The notes under the pieces are model-generated. The model saw only the letters and a list, made by a program, of their open reading frames with translations. It was not told the origin of the DNA and ran no database searches. A stretch of DNA of 64,000 bases from the human T2T-CHM13v2.0 reference genome, Homo sapiens: assembly GCF_009914755.1 (NCBI RefSeq), contig NC_060947.1, one strand, 5' to 3'. The stretch's first letter is position 1. Each line of letters opens with the position of its first letter. This document shows positions 48,628-64,000 of this stretch, in pieces. The position numbers were made by a program, and so were the translations under genes.

Positions 48628-48900
48628 TGGTAGTTAGACCCTTAGTTTCAGAGTCCAACTCTTCGGGTTCTGATCTGGGCTTTAGCATTTATTAGATGGG
48701 TGACCTTAGACATATTAGCCTTCTCTACTTCAAATATCTATTAGCCTTCTGTACTTCAAATATCTCATTGTTAAAATGAGGATATAAAAAAGGCACTTAT
48801 CTCACAGTTTTGTTGTCAGGTTTAAGTTAGATAACTTATGTAAATTGCTTAACACATTGCCTTACAAAAATTAAACACTCAATAAATAGTAACTATTACT
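48628..48900 (+). mobile_element. MIR with internal 26-bp tandem duplication
   Basis: gggtgaccttagac, taaaatgaggata, actcaataaatagtaactatt. Confidence 0.8.
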
Positions 48901-49552
48901 ATTATATTTTGAAATATTGACAATAGAGATTTTATCACATGCATCCTTTTATATGTGAATGTTGGTATACAATGGGTAGTTTTGGGAATGTGTATAACTG
49001 TAAGCATGGGCAACCTATCAGTAACTTAAACTGATAATGGCTTATTTTATCATATAAAAAGAAATCCAAACTGGGGTTTTTGAAGGAATAAATAAAATTA
49101 ACAAACCTTTAGCCAGACTAACTAAGAAAAAGAGGGGAAACCCAAATAAATAAAATAAGAGATGAAAGAGGAGACATTACAACCGATACCGCAGAAATTC
49201 AAATGACCATTAGAGGCTACTATGAGCAACTATATGCCAATTACTTGGAAAATCTGGAAGAAATAGACAAATTCCTAGACACATACAACTTACCAAGATT
49301 AAGTCATGAAGAAATTCAAAACCTGAACAGACCAATAACAAGTAATGAGATCGAAGCTGTAATAACAATCTTCCAGCAAAGTGCAGCTTCGGACTCAGTG
49401 GCTTCACTGCTGAATTTTACCAAACATTTAAAGAAGAACTAATACTAATCCTAGTCAAACTCTTCCCCAAAATAGAGGATGAGGAAATACTTCCAAACTC
49501 ACTCTACGAGGCCAGTATTACCCTGACACCGAAACCAGACAAAGACACATCA

Positions 49553-49968
<416 letters not shown>

Positions 49969-50385
49969 TTATCATGACCAAGTGGAATTTATCCCAGGGA
50001 TGTGAGGATGGTTCAACATAGGCAAATCAATCAGTGTGGTAAATCATATCAACCGAATGAAGGAAAAAAACATAGGATCATTTCAATTGATGCTTAAAAA
50101 GCATTTGATAAAATTCAACATCCCTTCATGATTAAAAAAAAACACCCTTAAAAAAAACTGGGTATAGATGGAACGTACTTCAACACAATGAAAGCCATGG
50201 ATGACAAACCCACAGCTAGTATCATAGTGAATAGAAAAAATTGAAAGCCTTTCCTCTAAGATCTGGAACATGACAAAGATGCCCACTTTCACCACTGCTA
50301 TTCAGTGTAGTACTGGAAGTCCTAGCTAGAGGAGTCAGACAAGAGAAAGAAATAAAAAGTATCCAATTTGGAAAGAGAGAAGTTA

Positions 50386-50775
<390 letters not shown>

Positions 50776-53700
50776 TCAGTAAAGTTGCAGGTTACAAAAT
50801 CAACATACAAAAATCGGTAGCATTTCTATATGCCAACAATGAATAATCTGAAAAAAGAAATCAAGAAAGTAATCCCATTTACAATAGCTACAAATAAAAT
50901 AAAATACCTAGGAATTAACCAAAGAAGAAAAAGGTCTCTACAATAAAAACTATAAAACGTTGAATAAAGACATTGATGAAGACACAAAAAATGGAAAGAT
51001 ATTCCATGTTCATGGATTGGAAGAATCAATATTGTTAAAATATCCACACTATCCAAAGCAATCTACAGATTCAATGCAATTCCTATCAAAATACCAACAA
51101 CATTCTTCACAGAAATAGAAAAAGCAATCCAAGAATTTATATGGAACCAAAAAATACCCAGAATAGCCAAAGCTATCCTGAGTGAAAAGAATAAACCTGG
51201 AAGAAGCACATTACCGAGCCCACGTTATGCTACAGGCCACTGTAATCAAAACAGCATGGTACTGGCCTAGAAATAGAAACATAGACCAATGAAAGAGCAT
51301 AGAGAACCCAGAAACAAATCTATACATCTACAGTGAACTTATCTTCCACAAAGGTGCCAAGAACATACATTGAGTAAAAAACCATCTCTTCAATAAGTGG
51401 TGGTGGGCAAACTGGATATCCATATGCAGAAGAATGAATCTAGACCTCTATCTCGACCATTTACAAAAGCAAAATCAAAATGGATTAAAGACTTAAGTCT
51501 AAGACCTGAAACTATGAAACTACCAGAAGAAAACACTGGGGAAACTCTCTAGGACATTGGACTGGGCAAAGATTTTTAGAGTAATACCCCACAAGCACAG
51601 GCAACCAAAGCAAAAATAGACAAGTGGGATCACATCAAGTTAAAAAGCTTCTGCACAACAAAGGATACATTCAGAAAAGAGAAGACACAGCCCCAAGAAT
51701 GAAAGAAAATATTAGCCAACTATCCATGTGACAAGGCGTTAATAACCACAATATACAAGGAGCTCCAACAATTCTATGGGAAAAAATTAATAATCAAATT
51801 TTAAAATGGGCAAAAGATCTGAACAGACACTTCTCAAAAGAAGACAAGTAAATGGTAAATAGGTCTATGAAAAGGTACTCAACATCACTGATCATCAGAG
51901 AAATGCAAATCAAAACTACAATGAGATATCATCCCACCCCAGTTAAAATGGGTTTTATCCAAAAGACAGGCAATAACAAATGCTGGTTAGGATGTGGGGA
52001 AAAGGGAACCCTTGTACACTGTTGGTGGGAATGTAAATTAGTACAACCACTATGGAGAATAGTTTTGTGGTTCCTCGAAAAACTAAAAATAGAACTACCA
52101 TATGATCTTGCCAGCCCCCTGCAAGGTATATACCCAAAAGAAAGGAAATCAGTGTATTGAAGTGATATCTGCACTCTCGTGTTTGATTACTGCACTACTC
52201 ACAATGGCAAAGATTTGGAAGCAACCTGTGTTCATCAACAGATGACTGAATAAAGAAAATGTGGTACATATACACAATGGAGTACTATTCAGCCATAAAA
52301 AGAATGAGACCCTATCTTTTGCAACAACATAGATGTAACTGGAGGTAATTATGTTAAGTGAAATGAGCCAGGCACAGAAATAGAAACATTGCATGTTCTC
52401 ACTTATTTGTGGGAGCTAAAAATTAAAACAATTGAACTCAGGGAGATAGAGAGTAGAATGATGGTTACCAGATATGAGAAAGGGTAAATTGGGAGGGGGA
52501 GTGGGAGTGGTTAATGGGTACAAAATTTAGTTAAATCAAATGAATAAGATCTAGTATTTGATAGCACAACAGGCTGACTACACTAAGCAATAATTTATTG
52601 TACATTTAAAAATAACTAAAAGAATATAATTGGATTGCTTCTAACACAAAGGATAAATGCTTGAGGTGATAGATATCTCATTTACTATGATGTGATTGTC
52701 AGGTATTACATGCCTGTATCAATACATCTCATGTACCCCATAAAAATATACACCTACTATGTACCCACAAAAAAAAATTTAAGAAAAAATCTAAAGGCAG
52801 GCATATGAGAACTGATGTGCCACTAAGCATTAAGGTTTCTTTCATTTTTCTGCCCCGCTATCTTTTAATTTGTAAGTTTCATCCTCATGTTCACAGAATG
52901 GCTGCAGTAAGCTGGATATTACATTCATATTTCAGGAAGATATGGGGGAGAAGAGCAAAAGGGGAAATACAAAAACCTGGGAATGATGGGGAATGCTATC
53001 TGAGTCTGTCCATGCTAAAAAATCCTTCCTGGTTTTCCTATGAAAAGATTTCTGCTTCCATCATCTTGGCAAAAACCTGGCTAGGTAGCTACCCCTGGCT
53101 GCGGGAAAGTCTAGGATGGTAAGTATTTTAGTTTTCTATTCTCTATATAAAGGAAGACATTGGAATTGAATGGCTTTGGGGTAATTGATTCATAATATCT
53201 ACTATAGTACTCATTAATCAGTCAGCAGCCAGTCAATGAACCAAAGAAAAAAGTCAATATGAAACCCTTTAAATGAAGCATATCAAACCTTTTTAAACAA
53301 AATGAAATTCATGTATATTTAAATATGATGATCCCTCTTACCCAGTATTTTGCCACTAAAGTGTTAGAAGTAAGGAATGAAACTTTACACAGATAATTTA
53401 TTTTGGCAGCATTGCTATGGTGCTAGGAAAAAAATTGTCCCTAGAACAGACCCTGAAAACAACTGCTCATAGCAAATACTCATAGGTGTTTCTGCTGCTA
53501 CAGATAATCACAGAAGTTGCCAGAAATTAAAATGTGCAAAGGATAAATACAAATCTTTCTCCTTTGCAATGTTGGAGAGATCTTGCTTCTTTTTTAACCT
53601 CCATAATTTTGTTGCCCTGTTTTGCAGCATCTTTGCAATGTTTCTGGGACAGCTCAGTCATCACCATCTCAATCTCATTCACCACAGAACAAGTGCTTGT

Positions 53701-54531
53701 CAATTGTAAATGTGTAATCTCAGGAAATTCTTGCCTGCTCTCTTCATCTCTGGCCATTTGTCCTCCAACCCATCCATTCATAGTGCTGTTATAAGCTTCC
53801 CACCCCAGGGTTAGTAATCTTCCAGGGCTCTGTTTCATCCAGAAAGCCATCAATGGGCTGTACCTGCTGCAGGGGGATCTTTCACTTTCCACACCCTTAC
53901 AGCCTCACATTTATGAAAGTCTTCTCCAAAAAATCTTCCTTATTCTATTTTGAAGGAAATACCTTCTACCTAGAATATGTTTCATTAATCCTCAAGGCAA
54001 GATATAATTCTTCCATCAACTTGACTTGAACTAAACTGACACCATGCTAATTTTTTCTTTCCATTCTTTCCTCATTGTCAATATGTTTTTACTGATTCCT
54101 TGCTTCATTCATTGATTCATCTGGCAAATACTTTTTGAGCATAGAATATGTGCGAGAACTTTTGTGAAAGATAGGATTTATAGAGATCAAGAAAATTTAG
54201 GGCATGTTCTCAAGGGGGTCACAAGCTTTTGAGGAGGAATGATTCTACGTTTATATTGGGATAGCCTCTGGTGTTTTGGAAGTCTTGAGCTGTAACCGAC
54301 CAACCTTTCATTCTCCCTTTCCATCACCCCTTTGCCAAACACACATACCTTGCTATGAAAAATTCTTAAGGGCAACAGGGATTCATTCTTTCCTTTTCTT
54401 TTGGCTTTACATCCCGTTCTACAAGGACTCAGTGGGATTCTAAAAAAAAAATTATTTTTTCTAAAATATTCTGGAAAAATATTTGGAATAAAATTGAGAT
54501 GGAGTGAGATAAGGATATTTTCTTGACTTGT

Positions 54532-54628
54532 GAGAAAAATAACACAACCAAACATCATACAATGTGATTCAATGAAGATTCATGAAAAAAATACAATTTC
54601 AAACTTCAGAAATTAAAAATAATAGACC
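54532..54628 (+). repeat. Dispersed direct repeat, copy 1
   Basis: Aligns to 56847-56941 with 4 substitutions and 2 single-base indels. Confidence 0.95.
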
Positions 54629-56394
54629 TAATAATATTTCCCTTTGTATGTATGTGGCATGATGTTGTTATATTACTTGGTAGCAGAGTGGAAATTTGAG
54701 CATAATCTAGGTTGAGAGAAAAGGTCATTATTCTTAGTTCTGTGTTTTTCCAATATACTGTGTTCTTCAAAATATACCAAAAATTATAAATCAGTAATAA
54801 TTGATACTTTGTACAGATTTTTTTATTTTATATTTTCTTGTTTCTCTTGCAATATCTTTTCTTTGATTTTTTGTTTGTTTGTTTGAAACACGTATTTGCC
54901 ACTGTTCAACTCTTACACCTACATTCTCTTTTGCTTACTGAGGGGAAATGGGCCCCATAAAATAGGTGTAACTCAGTATCTCAGTTCATGTTCAAACATG
55001 TATAAAGATGACCTCTTTTTCTATTCTTGAGCAAAAACTAAATGCTCATGATATATTCTTTTATGTAAAATCTAGTTATTCAAGTTAAGTTCTAAATGAA
55101 TTTTTCTTCATCTTATTTAAGAGTAAGTACTTTTTTTCTTCCATAGTACTAGGTAATCGTTTTCAGTGATCTGAAATACTTACGAAGAAGTTAGGATCTT
55201 TGCAACTGTTTGAATCTCAAATTATTATTTGTTCTCTGTTGGCTGTAAGAGCTCACTCATTGGAATTACAAAACCCTTTCTCTTTATAGCTGAAAGCGTT
55301 TAATGTATGCAAACTTACATTTGGCTTGAGAACATTTTTAAAAATAAACTTTTCAAATTGGAATGTTCTTACTGAATTCAGGCTTTTATGATGCTGTTTG
55401 ATTTGGCATATGTTCCTCCTGATATCTGCATTGAAAACACTTTGCATTTGAGAGACTTTTCCTGCCTTATTGGGACATTTCAACTCAATTTATAGTTATC
55501 AGTAGGAAAAGAAAGAAAACATTTCCATCCAAAAGAGGTTTCAGTAGGATTTAGCAGTAAGTGCTTTAAAAAGAACAACAGCAGCAAGCTTGAACCTTTG
55601 CCCATTAAAAAAAATATATCAAAAACAAAGAAACATTACAAGATTCTCTTTCCCTTTTTAAAGGATCCACAGAAGGAAGGTTCTTCCTAGTCTATTTGAA
55701 AATATATCAGACTTACTCAAGAGACTTTTTTTGTCTATTTTACCTGATCCACTTACATTCAGAATCAGTCTGAATTTATTACACAATGTTACGTTTACTG
55801 CTAAAATGCTGGTCGTTGGTTCAATACTTGGATCCTTCAGAGAGAGCACATATCCATCAGGATGCATTTGGCTTTACGTAATAGTCAATTTTTGGAAGTT
55901 TAGACCATGAAGATGACTACTCTTTACTTAACAGAAGTCTGGGGTAGGTGTTGCTGTGGTTGGAAAGGTGCATGTATGATAGGTGGACAGCTCCCTGTTT
56001 CTTTATAAATGGCACATACCTGGAGAACTAGCACATAGGTAGCTCAATAAACAGAATGTTACCAGGACCCCCAGAAACTCCCTTTTTATTCTGTTTTGGT
56101 TCTCACTCTCCAAAGGCAATCAGCGTTCAGAGTTCTGACAATGTAAGTTATTTTTCCTATTTTTGTACCTTTTATAAATGCAATTATGCATGATATACTC
56201 CTTTGTGTCAGGCTTCTTTTCTTCAACATTATGCTTGTGAGATTTACTCACACTGTGGCTTGTAGTTGTAGATAGTTCATTCTCATTACTGTATAGTGTT
56301 ACAGTGTCAGAAATATGCACCAATTTATATGTCTATTCTACTGCTTGAGGAGTTTCCAGTTTATGGCTATTACAAATAATGTTACAATGAGCAT

Positions 56395-56705
<311 letters not shown>

Positions 56706-56846
56706 TATACAATGAGCATTTTTGTATATGAGCATTTAGTATACGTCTTTGAGTAAATACAAACATACAATTCGGCTTGATATATATCTAAGAAAGGAAT
56801 TACTGAGTCATAGGGCATACATATGTTGAGCTTCAATGACGCTGAA

Positions 56847-56941
56847 GAGAAAATAACACAAGCAAACATTATGCAATGTGATTCAATGAAGATTCATGAA
56901 AAAAATGCATTTCAAACTTCAGAAATTAAAAATAATAGACC
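56847..56941 (+). repeat. Dispersed direct repeat, copy 2
   Basis: gagaaaataacacaagcaaacattatgcaatgtgattcaatgaagattcatg...aataatagacc. Confidence 0.95.
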
Positions 56942-58309
56942 AGTTTTCCAGAGTAAGACATCTTTTTTTTTCATTCTTAGATCATATTTTGCGTTTTGTA
57001 AATGCGTTTCCCAATCAGCAGGGAAAAAAATATAATATGCAAACTAAAGCATGTATACAATGAATTGCATTTAGTTTAAAACAAAAGATTTGAAAAACGT
57101 AGGAGGAGAGAGTTATATTTGTATTAGTTCACAAAAGAACATATTCAAAAAAAAGCAAATAATTGTATTTTGAGTGTATCATAGAGTTAAAAAGGATGGA
57201 GTCAGGCTTTTTGAAAATTGACTTGTTTTCCTTCTCCCCTTTTAAAGAAGATAGGTTATTGAGGAAAAATAAATTTTTGTCATTTCAGAGAGTACCTGTT
57301 CTTTTTTTTTTTTTTTTGTAGAAAATAAAACCCACCTATAAAACATGAAGATTAAGCTTGGGGTAGCTCAAGGGAAATGACTCAAACCATCCAAACACTT
57401 GTTTTTTCTTTTTTCAGTTTTTCTAATGTAAAGTTAAATCATTAAATAAAATTTTGGTAGCTATATTTAAGTCTCCCTTATTTTATTTTTTAGTAATATT
57501 AAATTATTTTAGGACGCCTGATTTTGTGGTAAGAAACATCAAAGGTCTTGATATAATTTTTGACCGATGGGCTTTGAATCAACCAATTCTAGCCTGTGGG
57601 TAGAGGACAGAGCACTGCTGTCTCTTGCATATTAACCTTTATGGGGCTGCTGGAGTTGTGGACATTGAGTATATAGTGCTAGTTTGTACTCGGATTGATT
57701 TATTTTCAAATTTTCAAAAGAATATCTAAGTTCAATGATATTCTTTTAGTTTATCTCTCACTGTCAAAAAGTCTCCTCCAATGTCATTTTAAGTGAGAAA
57801 GTTAAATGATATTTTGAAACACTGGCTTGGGGAAAACTGCAGTTCAGTTTGCTTCAATGAGAAGGAAAAATAATTTCCAATATTAGATTACAGTGAAAAG
57901 AAATATAAAAGAGAGTTTTACTGGAAGGTCTGCCTTTTATCCTTTTAACGTTTCATGGAACTAGAATAAGAATATCCCATTTTGTCTAAGATGTACCTTT
58001 AAGCAACTTTTTAAGCCTCAAGGCACTTATCTTATACATTGTGCTCTTCAGCTGTATTACCAGAAGTCTTTTGTTTAAAAAAGCCTTTGGTAAAATTCTT
58101 CAAATATGAATTTAAGCCTGAACAACAACAACAAAAAGGTACTTAACATTGCTGCCTTTCTTTATGTAATGATCAAGTCCTCCCATGTTCTCCTTTATAT
58201 CAGTAAGCCATTTTCTTGAATCCCTTTCTAAAATGAGGTTAAAGAAAAATGTGACATAAATCCTATATGTATGTTCTGATTTTTAAAGGGTCTTTATCTT
58301 TACTTTTAC

Positions 58310-58760
58310 TGGTTCGAATATAGAAATTATCTCCTCCCGTTTCCTTCTCCTCAATTAGCTGCCAATGGTCTGGAATTTAACGATTTTACCTCATGTGATT
58401 CTATTTGTTTGTAATCCTATATTCAACATTGTACTGAAGTCTGTTAAACATTGATAAGCCGGTTTTTATGCAGCAGGTCCTCAGAGAGCATTGCACTAAA
58501 ATGCTGCAAAGACTGGGATTAGGTTTACGTATTGTAAGGTGGTTTCGAGACGTTTTCCTAGTGTCTGTTCTTTCAAAGGTGCCAAATCAAGTTGGCCTTG
58601 ATTTAATATTGCGAAAATTGTAATGCTGAGCTGACTTGGAGCTTCACGTACTTCAAAACGAGTTTTTCCGGGGGTGATTTAACAAACAGTTCTAATTTTT
58701 TGAGTGCTGCCGAATGTAACGCACATATGGGACATTATTGTGTAGTTTCTGTGAGACGCT
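58310..58760. promoter_or_regulatory. Candidate regulatory element (CpG-retaining unique sequence)
   Basis: 14 CpGs counted in about 450 bp of non-repeat AT-rich DNA; function is inferred only. Confidence 0.35.
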
Positions 58761-59772
58761 GAACTCTTTGCCAAAAACTTAAGTTTCTTTCATTGCTATT
58801 CAAGTTATACCTTCTTCTGTTATCTCTTGCCAGGATTCCAACAGCCTCAGCTGATACTGGTTTCATTTAGTAAGGAGAGTGGCATTGGATTGTATTTCTT
58901 CTGATTTTTACAAAATAAAAATCCTCCTGCATCCCATAGATAACCACTATTAGCATTTGGGATTATATCTTTTTCATATGTTTCCTATAGGTAGATATAA
59001 ATTTTGAAAAAAAAGGTATTTTGTTTGAAAGATTCTTTTGTAACTCACTTTAAAAATTTTTTATTATGTAATCATATATATAAAAGAATATATATGCATA
59101 TATGATACAAAGAATAATAAAATGAACACCTGTGTAAACACCACCTACCTTACAGAATAGTACCAATGTTTTGAACCCCCATGTGTCTCTACCAAATGTT
59201 CATCTTTTCCCTATCTTGCAAAGATAACTGCGCTTCTGAATTTTGTATTTGTCATTCTCTTCCTTTAAAAAAACTGTTTCACTAAATACATACGTGTTCC
59301 TAAATAATATATTGTTAGTTTGGGTGTGTTTTTGAACTCGATATAAATGTGATAATGCATATAATCTTTTCTGACTCGTTTATAATTCCACATTTTCTCC
59401 GAGGTGCCTCCACACTGATGAGTACACTGGTAGTTCCATTGTTTTGACTGCTATTTAGTATTGTATGATATAAACATATGGTGCTTTTTACTTAAGTTCT
59501 TGTTGATGGTGGGTGGCTTGATCTCAACTTTTGCACTGACAAGCAATCGTCTTATGAAAATTCCTGTATACGTCTCCTGGTGCACATGAGCAAGAATTTC
59601 TTCAGGGCCAGTGACTAGGGATGAGACTGTTGGGTTATTAGATAAATGCAGTCAAACTTCAAGGCGATGCCATATTATTTTCCAAAATGATTCACAAATA
59701 ACGCTAAGATGTCATTGTGTCAAAGTTTCTACACTTTCCTCGATCCTTAATATTGTTCTAAAGCCTTCATAA

Positions 59773-60258
<486 letters not shown>

Positions 60259-60581
60259 TGAAGATTAGAAGTTCTTAATTTTAAATATTATCAAATTTAT
60301 TGTTAATATTTGCCTTAACGGTTAGTGATTTGAGTCTCATTTAAAGGATTATTTCCTACCCTAAGATCATACAAATATTCTCCAATATTTTCTTCTGTAA
60401 TGTTAATACATTTTCTGTTTATCTTTATAATCTACCAGGAATTGAGTCTTTGAATGGTGTGAGTGATTTGATTTCTTTTTTTTTTTTTTCAATAGGAACA
60501 GTCAGGTTTTCCATCACTGCATATTGAAGAGTCTATTCTTCCCCTACTGAACTGCAGTAACTACCCTGGTCCTGTATCACA

Positions 60582-61320
60582 TGTATTAGAATAGAACCAG
60601 CTGCTATAATAAATATTCGCCAAATGTCAGTGACCCAATACAGTGTGACTGGTTTTAGTCAATGCTTTCCTCCACTTGCTTATTTAATGACCCAAGGTCC
60701 TTCTCTTTCATGTCTGACCATTCACTAGGACATTATAGTCTACTGCAGCCAGCTGGCAGATGGAAGAAGAAAGGGTAGAGAAGGCATGTCAACTTTGGTT
60801 TTTTTTTTTTTTTTTTTTTCCTGAGGTGGAGTCTTGCTCTGTTCCCCAGGCTGGAGGGCAGTGGCGAGATCTCAGCTCACTGCAACCTCCGCCCCCCAGG
60901 TTCAAGCAGTTCTCTGGGCCTCAGTCTCCTGAGTAGCTACGATTACAAGCGTGTGCCACCACGCTGCCACCATGCCCAGCTAGTTTTTTGTATTTTTAGT
61001 AGAGACGGGGTTTCACCATGTTGGCCAGGCTGGTCTCGAACTCCTGACCTCGTGAACCTCCCACCTCGGCCTCCCAAAGTGCTGGGATTACAGGCGTGAG
61101 CCACCGTGCCCAGTCAGCATGTCAACTTCTTAAACACCTTGTTTAGCAAGTGATTATATCACAACCGTTCATAATCCATTGGTGAAAACTAGTCATTTAG
61201 CCCTATGTAAATGAAAAGATTGCTGGGAAATGTTCCCTGATGGAAAGCAGCTTCTCAGAAGCATCTCTATCTACAGTGTGGGATAATATGAATTTGGGGT
61301 GTTTAGCTAGCTGTCTCAAT
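60582..61320 (-). mobile_element. MLT1J-type MaLR LTR inside L1, split by an Alu
   Basis: tgtattag start, cagccagctggcagatggaagaag, ccattggtgaaaactagtca, tgctgggaaatgt. Confidence 0.65.
60794..61115 (-). mobile_element. Alu (AluSg-like)
   Basis: Full dimer; TSD gcatgtcaactt; internal duplication of tgccacca. Confidence 0.98.
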
Positions 61321-62611
61321 TATATCAAGTTTTCGTATATGCACTGGTCTTTGTCTGGTAGGGCTAGTCCCTCCTCTTTATTGATCTTCTTCAAGTGTGT
61401 CTCAGCTATTCTTTGTCCCTTTTCAAGTATCACAAAGAAAAAAGTCACTGTTTGAATTGGGAAGCTCTGAATCTACAGGGCAGTCTGGAAATAATATATT
61501 TACATAATGAGGCTACTTACCCATTAGCAGTGTACCTCTCTGTTTACTTACATGGTCTGAAATGTCTTTCAGTATACTTTACAGTCTTATTCAAAAGGTC
61601 TTATATCACTTTTGTTGGATTTATTCCTAGAGATTCTGCTTTTTTGCTACTATTATAACCTGCCTTTTCTAAACTTCCCTTTCATGTCTGCCAATACATA
61701 GACATGAAATTGATTTTTGTATGTAAATTTTGTATCTTGACATCTTGGTTTGGTTTGTTATTAATTCCAGTAATTTGTGTTCAGAACTTTTGGAGGGGGC
61801 TTGTATGCAGATGATCATATTATATATGAATAATGATAAGTTTTTATTTCTCTTCTAATTTTTATCTTTTATTTGCTTGTCTAACTGAAAAGCAGTGATA
61901 GGCATCTTTGATTTGTTCCTTATTTTAGAGGGAATTATTTTGACATTTCATCATCATATATAGTTTGCTCTAGTTTTTTTGTAATGCATTATATCTTCTT
62001 TAATACATTGCGTGATTCTGTTTGCCAATATCTTCTTTAGAATTTTCCATTTATGTTCACAAGTATAATATTAGTTTATGATTTTCTGTTCTTATACTGT
62101 TCTGTGCTTAGTTTTGGTATCAAGATTATTCTAGCTTCATTTTGGAGTTGAAATTTTCCCATTTTCTGTTTCCTAAGAATTTCTTATGAGTTTGGAATCA
62201 TCTGTTTTTCAAAAGTATAGTAGAACTCACCCATAAAACCATTTGAGGCTGCTGTTTTCTTTAAGAGGACATTTTAACGCTAATTTTGATTTTCTAATAG
62301 TTAAAGAGCTTTTCAGTTTTCTCAGCTCTTCTTAGATCAGTGTTGATAAATTCTGTGTTTCAAAAAATGTGTTTGATTTATTTTAGCTTTCAAGTTTATG
62401 GGCATACTTCCTTCATGGCTTTTAAATCTCTTGTGAGAATATATGCACACCTCTTCCCTTTATTGATGTCTTCTTTCCTTTTGTCCTGATCAATTTTTCA
62501 AGTAATTTAAAATTTTGTCTCTTCAAATATTGTCTCTTTAAATATTGGATATTTTGAAGTTCTATATTGATTTCTGCCCATTTATTTTTTTTTCTGCTGC
62601 TTTATTAGTAT

Positions 62612-62932
62612 TTGTTTGGTTTTTCTTTTGTTGGTTTGTTTGTTTTTTTGAGACGGAGTTTCACTCTTGTTGGCCAGGCTGGAGTGCAGTGGTGTGATCT
62701 CTGGGCTCACTGCAACCTCTGCCTTCTGATTTCAAGCAATTCTCCTGCCTCAGCCGCCCGAGTAGCTGGGATTACAGGCATCTGCCACCACACCTGGCTA
62801 ATTTTTGTATTTTTAGTAGAGATGGGGTTTCACCATGTTGGTCAGGCTGGTCTCAAACTCCTGACCTTGTGATTCGCCCGCCTCTACCTCCCAAAGTGCT
62901 GGGATTAGAAGCATGAGCCACTGAGTCCAGCC
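62612..62932 (-). mobile_element. Alu (AluS)
   Basis: Full dimer; TSD tatttgttt. Confidence 0.97.
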
Positions 62933-64000
62933 TATTTGTTTTTCCAATTAAGTGTTTATTATGTGTATTTATGTTAACTTTCTACTATAAATATTACGAA
63001 TTTTTAAAATTATTCCTTAAAGGACCTCAAATATTTTGCTCATTTACTTCTACTATGTTTACATTTCCATTATGATTTCTTCTTTTACCCATGAATTATT
63101 TGGAACTGTATTTTTAAATTTTCAAATGTATTTTCAGGTTATCTGTGTTATTTCTGTCTAATTTGATTATATTGTATGGTATCAATTTTTTAAAATTCTG
63201 AGAATGTTTTATTGCACAGTGCATGACAGCTTTCTGCAACTGTTTCATATGTGCTTAAGAAGAATGTGTTGAGTACACATTTGGAAACGTGATTTTTGCA
63301 GGTTCATTAAATCAGGCTTGTTGATTGGGTTAATGGGATCTTCCACATGCATGTGTTGAAATGACCCACTAAGCTCCCAGATTTGATTAGTTACCTTGTA
63401 GTTCTGTCTGTCTAGTTTCCCCTATATATGCGGAGGCTGTTTTCTGAACTCATTTAAAGTTTGGAATAATTTTATTCACCAGGAGGATTGACCTTTTTAT
63501 TGTTATGTAGTCTTTTGTCTGATATATTATTATATAATTTATATGTTAGCTTTCTTTTAGTTTGTATTTTCCTGGCATATCTTTAGCTCGTATCCTCAAG
63601 TTTTCTGTTCTCGGTGTTTATATGTCTCTCTCTCCCTTATAAAAAGTCTATTGCTGGATTTAAAAAATCTGTAACTCCACAGATATCCTGTCTGACCACT
63701 TTTGCCTTTCATATAGGGCTTTTAGTTCACTCATATTTTCATGTATATTTATTACAATTACTTTTATACTTGAACTTATTTATAGCATTATATTTTCTGA
63801 TGTTGACTTTCTTTGTCTTTGCTCCTCTTTTTCCTTCTTTACTGCCTTCTTTTTGAGTGGTTGAGTTTTATATTCTTACTCTAATTTTCCTTCTTCCATT
63901 TTGGAATTTGTGCACTCTTTCTATTATTTTAGGTGTTACTCTTAAAATTTTACTATGGGTTATTTAGCAAATTAAAGAATAATCAATGGTTTAGTTTTTC

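Noticed and set aside
55319-55425. Minus-strand 107-nt candidate exon (tgcag ... gtaagt)
   Set aside because: Isolated site pair with an unrecognised peptide and no other support.

Overview
This window is AT-rich primate (most likely human) nuclear DNA that appears to be non-coding. It holds 23 Alu copies, many with visible target-site duplications (TSDs), plus L1 fragments of several ages, L2 and MIR fossils, MaLR and ERV1 solo LTRs, hAT-Charlie remnants and microsatellites. I recognise no protein-coding gene, RNA gene, processed pseudogene or CRISPR/prokaryotic system. Many ORFs in the track are read-through of Alu, L1 or simple repeats, and I recognise none of the rest. Nearly all L1 and LTR pieces lie on the minus strand, which suggests a long intron of a plus-strand transcript. 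The most notable structures are: a ~95-bp locally copied segment pasted into an old L1 (54532-54628 vs 56847-56941); an L1PA plus truncated-Alu composite under one TSD (662-1915); a CpG-retaining element at ~58.3-59.8 kb; a possible RTE-clade fossil at 53.5-53.9 kb; and a few candidate plus-strand exons. I cannot support a claim of a new biological system from this sequence alone. Repeat subfamily calls were made by eye from remembered consensus sequences, and boundaries of old repeats are approximate.
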